DNA of 63,871 nt, the filler included, from Corallochytrium limacisporum Hawaii (lineage: Eukaryota; Protista; Pluriformea): assembly GCA_002811645.1 (NCBI GenBank). It is 5 parts of 5 records of this genome, joined end to end, with 100 filler letters (N's around TTAATTAATTAA, not from the genome) between each part and the next. Parts side by side here need not be neighbours in the genome. Positions count along the whole stretch, not along the records: positions 53,825 to 59,835 come from PDIP01000176.1; positions 59,936 to 63,871 come from PDIP01000254.1; 3 more parts are not named here. The stretch is one strand, 5' to 3'. A program made the translations under genes and the position numbers. A model generated the notes under the pieces. The model had not been told where the DNA came from, ran no database searches, and saw only the letters and a list, made by a program, of their open reading frames with translations. Positions 53,916-63,871 of the stretch are shown in pieces; within the stretch, counting starts at the first letter, position 1; each line of letters starts with the position of its first letter.

Positions 53916-55192
53916 CTACATATGGAACTCGAGGACTGAAGGAGGATCCACGGGAATTCCGGTACACTCTATTGTGTTGGACACCCGCTACGACCCACGC
54001 TGATAGCGAAATTCTTGTGTCCTTAAACATATAATGACTAGCGTTTCGAATGTTTTGCGTAAAGATTGCTCGCGCCCAATACCTGGCACTATATTCCCAG
54101 TTGGGAAGGTTAGGGTGGTGTTACACGCACACATGGTGTTAGCCCACCATTGCGGCGTTAGGGTATCAATTTATTGCATTCGGCGCGATAGAGCTCGAAG
54201 CGCGGAAGCTAAATTGAATAGTGCGGGGCAAAGCTTTTCAATAGTAGTACAATAGAGAGGAGCGCACACAAAAAAAAATTCTGGCCGGTGCGGTTAGGTG
54301 AACCGTTCTGATAATTTGATTCCGGGCCAGTGCCACACCTTCGTGCACAACTGGAGGGGGCGGAAGATCCCAACCCCGGGTCAGCAACAGCAAGCCGAGG
54401 TCAATATCGAAGTGAGAATGCACACTAAATCAGGTATCACCACCCCAGTGAATGGGTTGCGCAAGCCAAATTCATTTGTCGTATTGAACAATCTCCCAAT
54501 AAGTCTTGCCATCGATGGGAAGTGATCCGGTCAGTCCGTGCTTGCAAGCAGGGGATCTCTAAGGCCGCCTACGCAACAGACCGCAGCAGGGTAGGGCGGG
54601 AAGGCTCACTTGGCAAAACTGACACCTAAGGAATTTCTACCTGATTAGGCACACAATGGCAAGACCAGTTGTAACATAGATTTGAAGACTGCACGACCGT
54701 GTTGCACGGCCAAATTGTGACGCACTAGGTGCCCCCTACTCCAATACGACTTGCATCTGAGTCTCTGTCGCTATTTTTCTTTCTGCTTTCATGCTTACGT
54801 ATGTTCACATGCGCATTCGCGCAGTTACTCTTGAGTAGCCCAAACCCATCCCTTCGCTTGCTACAGCTTGCTCTTTTCAATGTTTTCGCTCGTCTATCCA
54901 ATTCCAGTTTCGTCGCCGCCCTTTCCCGTGAGATTCCAAAAAGGGAAAATGTAACCAGCACGGACGGAGAGTTTCGAAGGGCGACAGCGAATCAAACCTT
55001 TGCGTTCGAGTTTGCCGCCTTGTTTCTTCATCTGTTCACGTGGTAAGTTAAAGTCAGGGAGCATGTCACTCCAAAGGTATTTAAATGGGTTGTGAGAGGT
55101 TATGAGTAGACTTGAACAATAGTTTACCATCCTCAACCTACATCAAAGGTATTTCAAAATATTCAACTGATCCAACCAACTACCAGCCAATC

Positions 55193-55636
55193 ATGAAGAG
55201 CTTCCTCGCTATTGCTTTCGGTGCCCTTGTCGGTGTTGCCAATGCTAGTCCACTCGTTTACATCGTTGCGGATGAGTGCCTCCCAGCTCATTCCGCATGC
55301 TATTCCGGAGGCGAGTGCTGTAACTACCAACCCTGCCTCCCTGGCGCAGATAACGAGGTCGGTGGCGCTTGCGCCTTCTTCGGCGGTGGTGGCCGTCGCA
55401 TCAACGCTCCTTGTGAGCAGAACGGCCATTGCTACTCCGGTAACTGTGTTCCGGCATCTGATGGTGACGGCAAGGTCTGCGCTCCTGACCAGTCTGATGA
55501 AACTCTCCTCGACAACGGAGAAGACTGCTCTTTTGATATGACCTGCAAGGGAGGCTGGTGTGAGGTCATCCCGGACAAAACGTCTGGAGTGTGCCGCGAT
55601 CGTTCGGAAGATCCTATCGATCCCCGCAGATGGTAA
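55193..55636 (+). CDS. Small secreted cysteine-rich protein (147 aa)
   Basis: Signal peptide MKSFLAIAFGALVGVANA, one 6-Cys module C-x6-C-x5-CC-x4-C-x11-C, and two C-x5-C-x4-C-x10-C modules. Confidence 0.85.
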   Translation: MKSFLAIAFGALVGVANASPLVYIVADECLPAHSACYSGGECCNYQPCLPGADNEVGGACAFFGGGGRRINAPCEQNGHCYSGNCVPASDGDGKVCAPDQSDETLLDNGEDCSFDMTCKGGWCEVIPDKTSGVCRDRSEDPIDPRRW

Positions 55637-56405
55637 TTGACATATGTCATTGTCGACCTTGACCACCACATACCTGCTGAACAAGAACTGTAGAAACCCG
55701 GTCCCCATGTTTCTTCATATCGAGAAACAAGAGCCATATACGCTTTAAATACCAACTGTACAGTAAAGTTTGCGACAAATTTCGACTCTTGAGAATGTGG
55801 TTTTTGAGACTGTCTCAGTGCAGTCATGGGACCGAACAGGTCACAATCAAACTCACTTCAATACTAGCCGAGGCTGGTCATAGGGTGTAGCGATGGTAAA
55901 CCAGGGTAACATGCAATTACCACTGCTGTTTTCTCGACTGTGTGTAATTGATCATGACAATACAAAATCACGCAATAGAAGTCAGTTTCAAGTGTCTTGT
56001 GGGCACTAACATGTCCCTCAGTACGCAATGTTTTAAATGCCTAAGAAAAGAAAACAAGGACAGCAAGCCTTGGGTACGGAGGTCCTAACGCTAACCCAGC
56101 CAGCACCGAACTTTGTCGCAATGTTAATGTAATCGACCTCCTCCGAGACTTCGCAATGAGGCGGTAAATTCCGAAGAGGTAACCAATCCAACTTCCCTGC
56201 TAAGGTTCCTTGAGGACATTTGAGGCCTTGTGTTTAGTTTGGGATACACGGTAATTTTAAGGCCCTTCGTTCTTGTTATCCTCAGTGCCAAGTACTCTAA
56301 CTGCTGGGAAACATGTCGTGTGGATGGAATCAATCTACTAGCAATGATCTGTGTTTGCAACTGGGAACAGGGTCATGGGGTTCCGTACATGACGTTAAGC
56401 TCAAG

Positions 56406-57446
56406 TTAACTCCATTCTACCCTAGGCAGGGACTGAATATCTCGCTCCACGGCAGTGATGTTGGATCTGAGCACACCAGCATCATTGAGAATAGATTCGA
56501 TGTTTGTTATGTGGTCCACGGGGAACGACCGCTTGAACAAAACAGCGAGAATGTTCAACTCAAAAGTGAAAAGCACGGACTGTATCATTGAAGCAATGTC
56601 ATCACCAGTGAAGATGCCACTGGAGCCGACAACATCACTGGCAGCCAAGAAAGAGAGCACCAAAGTCTGCACGACGGCAAAGATAAACAGGAGCTTCACA
56701 GCAAGGAATTGTAGACCGGCGTTGTACTTCTTCAAAATGGGCTGGGCTGCGCGGTAAATACATCGGAGACCGTAGATACAAAATACCAGGGAAATGAAGC
56801 TCAAGTACTGTATGATCAGGCGAGACGAGCTTAGACTTGTGTCATTCTTATGGTACAAGTCCTCTCTCTGAAGTATCAAGGCAATCAAAAATAGCGCAGG
56901 ACGGACAACCACAATCTGCAGGATGACAATCTCGCAGAAAAGTACCTTACCTGGAGTGTCGATTTTGTCTGGTTTGGCGTAACGCCTAAGGAAGCAGAAG
57001 GGCCGAGTGGCCCAGATATTCACAGAGTGGTCAATGTCCCGGAGAGTTGCCTTAAAGTATTTAGGCCCGCCCAGGTATTCTTGTAGGAGCGAGAAGAAAA
57101 TGGTGAGCACGAAACTCTGTATAGTCACCAGGAAGAATTGGACGAGTAAACTTTGCTTTAGGAAGGTGACGGATATGATGCTGACAAAAGCCAAAATAGG
57201 GATGCTCATCAAGATAATAGTCTTATACCAGTTAATATGATGCCCAGAAGCTGCCTGTATTTTCCTCTCAGAGCGAAAACGACCCTTCGGGCGGCGAGCC
57301 TTGCTCAGATGGGCCAGAATGTGAGGTCCAACGACCCAGAGCAGAACCACAGAGAAGAGAACACATAGTCCCCAGCACACGTAAAAGAGAATGTTTCCAG
57401 ATTGAAAGGTCTCCCTTACTGTCGGACTGTTGTGGTCACCTACCAT
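56406..57446 (-). CDS. TMEM184 / organic solute transporter alpha family membrane protein
   Basis: About 7 TM with F..LL.EYLGG, ILQ.VVVRP, S....IYGL..IY, FLAVKL......Q and IQS.L...E, all characteristic of Solute_trans_a. Confidence 0.85.
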   Translation of the reverse strand: MVGDHNSPTVRETFQSGNILFYVCWGLCVLFSVVLLWVVGPHILAHLSKARRPKGRFRSERKIQAASGHHINWYKTIILMSIPILAFVSIISVTFLKQSLLVQFFLVTIQSFVLTIFFSLLQEYLGGPKYFKATLRDIDHSVNIWATRPFCFLRRYAKPDKIDTPGKVLFCEIVILQIVVVRPALFLIALILQREDLYHKNDTSLSSSRLIIQYLSFISLVFCIYGLRCIYRAAQPILKKYNAGLQFLAVKLLFIFAVVQTLVLSFLAASDVVGSSGIFTGDDIASMIQSVLFTFELNILAVLFKRSFPVDHITNIESILNDAGVLRSNITAVERDIQSLPRVEWS

Positions 57447-59821
57447 TATGTCAAGTTGGGTGTCTCGTGTATATGGAAATGAATGTGATAATCATTTCTC
57501 TGTCTGCCTTCGTAGATCTTTACTTCAGGATCAGAGATCACCGTTGAAATACTAGCCGAGATCTTAGCCTAGCAATCGAAAGACGAAAACGTAAGAAGCA
57601 TAAAGCCATATACATACTATCAATGGAAAAACAGATGGTCTATGGAAAGACAAACTAGGAAACAAAGAGTTTCGCAACTCGAGCTCTGTGTTGGGAGGCA
57701 GAGACTGTAAAACCGGTTCAGCACATCCGGTCCTCGCTGTCATGCACTGGAATTCATAGGAGCTAGTGATTACTATAAATCTGTGGATGTTAAGCCCTTT
57801 TGAGCCGATGTTAACGGAACACGCCGACCCCGAAGCTGCTTCTGATGTCCTATGCGCTCACATGTGAAAATTGTGTCAAGGAATCCTCCGTGCGAGTCCT
57901 CTGCTCATATGGGTGGACGACTGTATTCGCTGGCTCCCCAGAGTTCAAACTCTCTGCGGGGCCCTACCTGTATTCTTGCGTATTTCCACGCCTGTGCGCA
58001 CTCCTATGATACAAAAGTTCCTTGGTCCTTGCTTGAAAACTCTGAATCAGGGAGCCATGCTGATTCTAGATGGTTCCTAGAACCTTTCCTGTTCTGTCCG
58101 ATCACGGAGCCGAGTACGACTGTCCCTTACGTAACGGCACCGTGACTCAAACAAGAACCTCAGGATTGTGCGACTGGCAACTGACTGTACAGATTGCTGC
58201 TATGGTACATGATACTGTAGCAATGTAGTGCATAACATGAGCGAGCAGTCGAGAAAAGCTTAGCAGGCATAATCATTGCCTTGCAGAAGAATTCCAGATC
58301 GTTGGTTCTACCACAAAGTCAGTAGTGGTATCCTGGCGCCATCTGTACAATGGGTCTGGAAAGTGTCAACACAGTGGTAATGATGAACAGACTGCAGATG
58401 TACGAAAGAGTGTGCATACAAGACTGTTTCACCACCTGCCAGTTCAGGACTAAGGACTGGCTCATATGACCATTCCAATGCTTTCCTTTGTAGTCTGCGG
58501 CGTACTTTAGGCAGCAGTGAAACCGAGGTGGGGAAATCGCCATTCTTTGCACAATACATTTCGTGTGCGCACGTCCCCATTACTAAATTAGGATGATGAT
58601 TGGTGACGCGAATTCGACAGGTTAATGTTTTATAGTATGGGGTTTCACAACAATTACACTTTCCTAATCTGTATCACTTAAAATCCAAAGAAACCCATTT
58701 CACCAAAAGCATCGGCAACACTGTCTCCTCTTAACGCGCATTTGGAAGGGGTGACCATAGACTCCGTCGCCGTTGGCGGGTCGGAGGCAGTGTTCGGTCA
58801 GTTCGTTGACTTCTTCACACACCCATCTGACCAGCTGTACAGAACTAAAAGCTCACTTCTAAGCGATGTGACACATAAAACTCTCGATACTGACACGGCC
58901 TCATCGGACGTACGGAGTCAGTGTTTCTCGCCCGCGCGGGAGACTGCCCGCGTGTCTGCGATTCGCTTCGGCTAGTTCTGATCTATTCTTTGGTGCTCTG
59001 TGAGAAAAATAGGATCTATTCTCGGATAAAACACATATTCTTTGTTCGAGATTGCAGAAATAGAACTGTAGCCGATTGAATTCGGTTTACACAATATTTC
59101 CGCAAGCCTCTGAAGAATAGAGTTTTGTGCTCGTGGGCGTGGGACAGCAAACAAACATAAAAAAATTCGGTACGGTCATCACTGCCGTACAGGAAGGCGA
59201 CATACCATCTACCCAGAAAAATGACAACGGCCTGAGCATGACAAATTCTTGCGCATCGCTCAGCTCATTGGACTTGATACTTCAAAATGACAGGTCGAAA
59301 GACATGGTGCGTGTATTTGCATCGCGTTACGTAGGTCGTCAACAAGTCCAGTTGCAGGGGTAAAGCCTCTCGCCAGTGCCCATGCTGCAGCGCTGGCAAG
59401 CACACTCTTTTGCAATAGACCGCCCACCTCCAACCTCTGACACAAGGATATTTGGAAGCCCCGTCAGACATGGAGAAAGTGAGGAACTGAAACCTCCGAC
59501 CGTAGACTCGAATACATCATCATGTCTTCGTTTTGCTTCCTCTTCAAACTAGCACATTTTCGCGCCAGCCCACAGCTACCCATATAATGTATTGGGAAAT
59601 TCGAGGCCTTTTAATATTGGCAAGTATCTCTACGAAAGGGATTCATGATTCTTCACACCGTCGCACGTGTTCGATGAGAGAGTAAAAGAATCGCAACAGT
59701 ATTCACGCTGGAAAAAGCCAAGCCCTTTACTGCGAAACTGCGAATCCTAGGCTCCCAATCTGAACCACGTACGACACGGAACCATATCCTCGTTCAAGAA
59801 AGTCCTACAATATTCCAGTTC

Positions 59822-59835
59822 TAGGGTTAGGGTTA
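59822..59835 (+). repeat. Telomere-like TTAGGG repeats at a contig end
   Basis: TAGGGTTAGGGTTA immediately before the linker; only about 2.3 units. Confidence 0.45.
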
Positions 59836-59935
59836 NNNNNNNNNNNNNNNNNNNNNNNNNNNNNNNNNNNNNNNNNNNNTTAATTAATTAANNNNNNNNN
59901 NNNNNNNNNNNNNNNNNNNNNNNNNNNNNNNNNNN
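59836..59935. other. Artificial contig linker
   Basis: N44-TTAATTAATTAA-N44. Confidence 0.97.
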
Positions 59936-59998
59936 CTCCCTCCTTATTCCGGTTGATTAAATGTGATTTGGAGCAATATTTCGACGCAGAGGATAGTA
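59936..59998 (+). mobile_element. Terminus (type B) of a collapsed repeat
   Basis: Identical to 53853-53915; the two copies diverge right after TA. Confidence 0.6.
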
Positions 59999-60273
59999 TA
60001 ATAGATTCATTGCCGCCCATATGTACAAACGATAAAGCGCAGGTATTGAACTAAGTGTACGATTTATTGGGGTACTCGAAAGTAAAGCGCCGCAATCATT
60101 TCACACGCGATCTCTTCCCCCCCTTCTGCTCTGGAAAGTGGAAAAGGTCACCGAACAAATTACTATGGTCCCCAGTTGTGTATATACTAAAAACTGTTGC
60201 CCACCACGGAGACTAAAGTCGTCGCTTGCAATAGCAATCTGGACTTCGGCGATAAGACTACGTTGGCCATTAT

Positions 60274-62121
60274 TCATTCTTCATTGTGGACAGCATTACC
60301 TAGGACTGCCGTCCAGTAGTGGCCGAGACCCTTGTTCACCAGCAGCTCGCACACAGAAGCCTCGGTCTTCACTGTCTGCAGCGTGAAAGTTTCAAAACTG
60401 CGCCGCAGGACCTGGCCCTGCCACACCCGCATGCATCGATTACGGCCAGCGGTCAGCGAAGACATATCCATGGCACCACTGTCGTTGGCACTGGACGTCT
60501 GCTGCTGTTGTTGCAACCGCTTCTTCTTCTGCTCTTGAGCTTGGTTTGGATTGGTTTCGTTCCAATCAATGCGACGCAGCATCAATTTCCCATAACGATC
60601 TTGCTGCTTCGGCCCACCTTCGACCACGACAACGTTCAGATTACTTCCCGGAATGGACAAACCAACCCCAGTCATACCTAATTGCTGCGCATTGATTTCA
60701 ATTTTAAAGCGATGCCTCGGATTGCTTAGATCACGGATAACATAAACAGACACACGGACCTCACCCTCTGCCAGGGCCTGACCCTCCCTTTCGTACTTAC
60801 GGCGATACTTTTCCGCACGTTGCTGGGAAGTGAGTTTGCGCTCCTCGTTCTGTTCCTCGTGTTTCCGCGCCCGCTCCGCGACTTGGCGCCGGATGTCAGC
60901 CTCAACCTTTGTAGGGTCTTGCGTGCCCGCTGTCGCCGCAAGCACGCGTGCAAGATTTGAGAGCTTTACCTTGTCCGGTGGGCGCTCGGCAAGACCAAGA
61001 CGGATTTGTTCTTGCTTTTCCTCTTCCGCAGCGATACGTCGTTGACGACGAATCTTCCGCTTTTCAGCTTTGGTCAAGTACATGGGCAAGCCATCCTCGA
61101 CGATGGCGTTGTCTGTGACCACGGTTTCCCCCGGATTCTTGTCATCCGTGTCCATGGCAGTGCCATCATTACGGCTTGTTGACGGCGGCTTACTCTCCTT
61201 CGGTTCCTTCCCTGGTAGGTAGATTGGTGGTGGGTGTTGGATGAGATCCAGTCTGGTGTCCTTGAGCACAGCCTCTCGCACTTCCACGTCGCCATTGCTC
61301 CCCTCCTGAAGGATCCAACTATCATACCATGCCAATGAATCGATATCTGCCGCTGTCATCGGATGTAATGGAATCCCATCCGGAGTGTACGCAACCGGTT
61401 CACGGTCCTCCAGGATTGGGCTGCTCCGGTCTTGCCGCGCCGTTTGACCACTCTTCTGAGTCATCCGCTTTGGTCCCAATGACGGATACTCAACCAAGTA
61501 CAAATCACCGCAAGGCACGTTTGGTAGCAACTGGCCCTCTCGCACCTTCTGTCGCAGGCTTGCGTCATTCTCCAGCAGCTGTCGTCCCTTGGACGTGACG
61601 GTGCCCTGTAACTTCTCTAGCTTTAGGCGCTGCCGGACCTCATCTGCTTCAGCAACGATGCTTCCAGGCTCCACGAACCGAAACTGCTGTCGCCCACGAA
61701 CGCGCCGCTGGGCCATGCGGAAGCGCGGATCAAAAAATTCCTCGTTTTGCAGCTCTGCTACACTATTTTCTTCCTCCTTTCCTGGTTGATCTACGACTTC
61801 TCGAGTGCCGCCTGCGCCCTTGTCCGCGCCGTCAGTAACGGGACTTACCTTTAACCGCTTTGCCGTCACACCCGGGCCCAAAACGGGTTCCCTAAAGTTG
61901 TCTAAGTCATTCTTTCGTTTTCCAGGACCAGCAATGAGAACGCTGTCACCGTCCTTTTCCTGATCTTCTATCCGCAGCTTCGAATGACCCGGGATGCTCG
62001 CTACTACAGGCTCCTCGGCCTTCTTTGTGGCAGCGGCTAGGCGCTCTTTCAGAGCGGCTGTCCGTGCTTTGACCTTCTCTTGCAGCTGCCGAAGTCGCTC
62101 TTTCTCATCTTCTTTCGCCAT
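60274..62121 (-). CDS. PRPF3: U4/U6 snRNP protein Prp3
   Basis: FFDPR, F.FVEPG, MYLTK.E.RKIRRQRR, RLGL..PP.KVKLSNL.RVL, QDPTKVE, RFKIEINAQQL..TG, VVVEGGPKQ, LML.RIDW, C..VWQG.V. Confidence 0.96.
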   Translation of the reverse strand: MAKEDEKERLRQLQEKVKARTAALKERLAAATKKAEEPVVASIPGHSKLRIEDQEKDGDSVLIAGPGKRKNDLDNFREPVLGPGVTAKRLKVSPVTDGADKGAGGTREVVDQPGKEEENSVAELQNEEFFDPRFRMAQRRVRGRQQFRFVEPGSIVAEADEVRQRLKLEKLQGTVTSKGRQLLENDASLRQKVREGQLLPNVPCGDLYLVEYPSLGPKRMTQKSGQTARQDRSSPILEDREPVAYTPDGIPLHPMTAADIDSLAWYDSWILQEGSNGDVEVREAVLKDTRLDLIQHPPPIYLPGKEPKESKPPSTSRNDGTAMDTDDKNPGETVVTDNAIVEDGLPMYLTKAEKRKIRRQRRIAAEEEKQEQIRLGLAERPPDKVKLSNLARVLAATAGTQDPTKVEADIRRQVAERARKHEEQNEERKLTSQQRAEKYRRKYEREGQALAEGEVRVSVYVIRDLSNPRHRFKIEINAQQLGMTGVGLSIPGSNLNVVVVEGGPKQQDRYGKLMLRRIDWNETNPNQAQEQKKKRLQQQQQTSSANDSGAMDMSSLTAGRNRCMRVWQGQVLRRSFETFTLQTVKTEASVCELLVNKGLGHYWTAVLGNAVHNEE

Positions 62122-62534
62122 CGTGAATATTATCTCTGCAAATGATAGCTACATTGTATTCCAGGGTGACGTCGATTCCAACTCACCCAGGAGCCATTTC
62201 TACTTCATAGTATCCTTTATTCTGAACGTTTCACATATTTTAAGAGCTATAGACCGAATGCATGACACTATCTTTGACAACGCAACTGTTTCACAGCAAT
62301 AGTTTTCTATACCATCTCAGACGTCGGTTTCCGCGCGCTCCTGCAAACTTTGGTGCTTCGTCCGTGAGACCCCGCAGGCCCTGTACAGCCCCGGGTGGAG
62401 GAGGGGCGAGGGACTGGAAGTTGGGAGAGGGGAACGGGTCCCCCCTTATGCCGGGACCAGATGGCCTGCCTAGACTTGTGGCCACGTCCAGAGCAACTCA
62501 GGGACAAAAAGGTCAAAACTGCGACGGGAATCCT

Positions 62535-63404
62535 CTAGATCACGTTCAATTCCTTATCATCACCCCGCTTCTTTGCTCGCAATTGCCAGTCAACTACACC
62601 GTCGCCGACAGCGATGGGAATACCATTCTTGGAATAGTCGGAGTCATCGGCGAAGCAGATTTCGTTGCCCGTTGGGTCAAGGGCAATGTATACCATTACG
62701 GGGCCAACACGTCCTTTCTCAAAGTTACATCCAAGTCCAAAAGCTTCGTGCTTCTCAATGTAGCTGTCGTAAGTGGATGAAGGGATACTCATCGCCATTC
62801 GGTAATGAGAGTCCTCAAAGGCGATCGGCTCTGTAGCTTTCTCGAAGTTCAGCGCTATGTCCTCTCCCGGGAATGCCAGTGTCACCGACTTGCCTTCCGT
62901 CTCGCTCTTTACTTCCATGCCCAGGACGGAGGTGTAGTACTCCTTGGTTCTTTGCAGGTCGTCACAATTGAACGTCAGGCCCATCAGGGCATGCTGGTAG
63001 ACACCAGGGTTCAGACGAAAGCGGTGCCCATCGGGGCTTTCCAGATACCGGTAGCCTTTCTCATCTGCTTTTAGAGGCCAGCCTCGAGCCTTCGCACGAA
63101 GGGTGATGTCAGCTTCCGCAATTTCAATGTACTTCAGAATGTTTCCCAAGTTGTATTCCTCGATAGTGTAGTTGAAAGCTACTTCAAGTACCATACCTCG
63201 GGACTCCGATCCGTAGCCAATCATTGACTTGGACCAAGGGTTCGGGTAAGGGCCGTTGCAATAATATGAGCACCCACTGTCCATCTCTCCATGCTTAAGC
63301 ACGAACATTCCCAGGACATTCGTGAAGAAATGCAGAGTCTTTTGAAACTGTCCCACCTTGATTCCCATGTGCAGGAAGGACGGGTGGCCTGTACCAACCG
63401 GCAT
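62535..63404 (-). CDS. GLOD4: Glyoxalase domain-containing protein 4-like
   Basis: LH...KVG......FF..VLGM.VL.H.E...GC...CNGPY...WSKSMIGYG.E....LE...NY....Y.LGN, and DP.GNEICF. Probable ATG at 63404; the frame stays open upstream to 63590. Confidence 0.9.
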   Translation of the reverse strand: MPVGTGHPSFLHMGIKVGQFQKTLHFFTNVLGMFVLKHGEMDSGCSYYCNGPYPNPWSKSMIGYGSESRGMVLEVAFNYTIEEYNLGNILKYIEIAEADITLRAKARGWPLKADEKGYRYLESPDGHRFRLNPGVYQHALMGLTFNCDDLQRTKEYYTSVLGMEVKSETEGKSVTLAFPGEDIALNFEKATEPIAFEDSHYRMAMSIPSSTYDSYIEKHEAFGLGCNFEKGRVGPVMVYIALDPTGNEICFADDSDYSKNGIPIAVGDGVVDWQLRAKKRGDDKELNVI

Positions 63405-63871
63405 ATTTACACTATAGCGCTGGAGAAATCTATACAAGACGATGATCAAACTAACAATCGATACCTCAACACTTAAAAAACTAAGAAATTCGCCATTCCA
63501 AAATTGAGGTACCTCTGAGACCCGTTGCACAGACCAGATCTTCGTTTCAAAACCGCTTCGATCACCAAACCCCATCCCTACGTCCCGCACAGCCCCCTGG
63601 TGAAACTCTGATGTCTATACGGAGTACCACCCTCTGTCTCCTAAGTATGAGACAAATCGCACGAAAACGAGAACCCCGATCACTCTTTTTAATCATGATT
63701 GAGTAATATATATTTTGATTATTATCATTATTATTAAATATCATTATACACCAAATCAATTTCAAATATTTCGTTTACGGATTGAATAAACACTTAAGTG
63801 TACTTCAAAAAATTGAGCCTTTTCACATTAACTTGACATCGAAGATCTCGTAGTCGTCGAAAAATTTTTTT

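Overview
This is eukaryotic nuclear DNA from a gene-dense, almost intron-free genome. It is a pseudo-scaffold of five pieces joined by four artificial 100-nt linkers (N44-TTAATTAATTAA-N44), plus one 354-N gap. About 21 protein genes are supported: a Phactr/Bni4-type PP1 adaptor, an orphan 7TM protein, MPC1, an MFS transporter, an FG-repeat plus SUMO-like protein, MED1, a divergent Sec23, a class-2 DYRK, POP4/Rpp29, a PPR protein, a bacterial-type Tam methyltransferase, RALGAPB, a 2xCNB-F-box-LRR protein, LIG4, ERO1, two tandem potato-inhibitor-I genes, a secreted Cys-rich protein, a TMEM184/OST-alpha protein, PRPF3 and GLOD4. Animal-like MED1 and RALGAPB in a near-intronless genome suggest a unicellular holozoan, possibly Corallochytrium-like (inference only). 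The most interesting observations are: (1) a putative cyclic-nucleotide-gated SCF substrate receptor; (2) an FG-repeat protein ending in a non-conjugatable SUMO-like domain; (3) a tandem pair of membrane-anchored protease inhibitors with different P1 residues; (4) TA-flanked, mariner/Stowaway-like termini at contig ends; (5) the only clear spliceosomal intron, which joins two ORFs inside a PPR motif; (6) a recurrent C-run/G-run palindrome upstream of genes. Family calls come from motif recognition by eye; no database searches were run.
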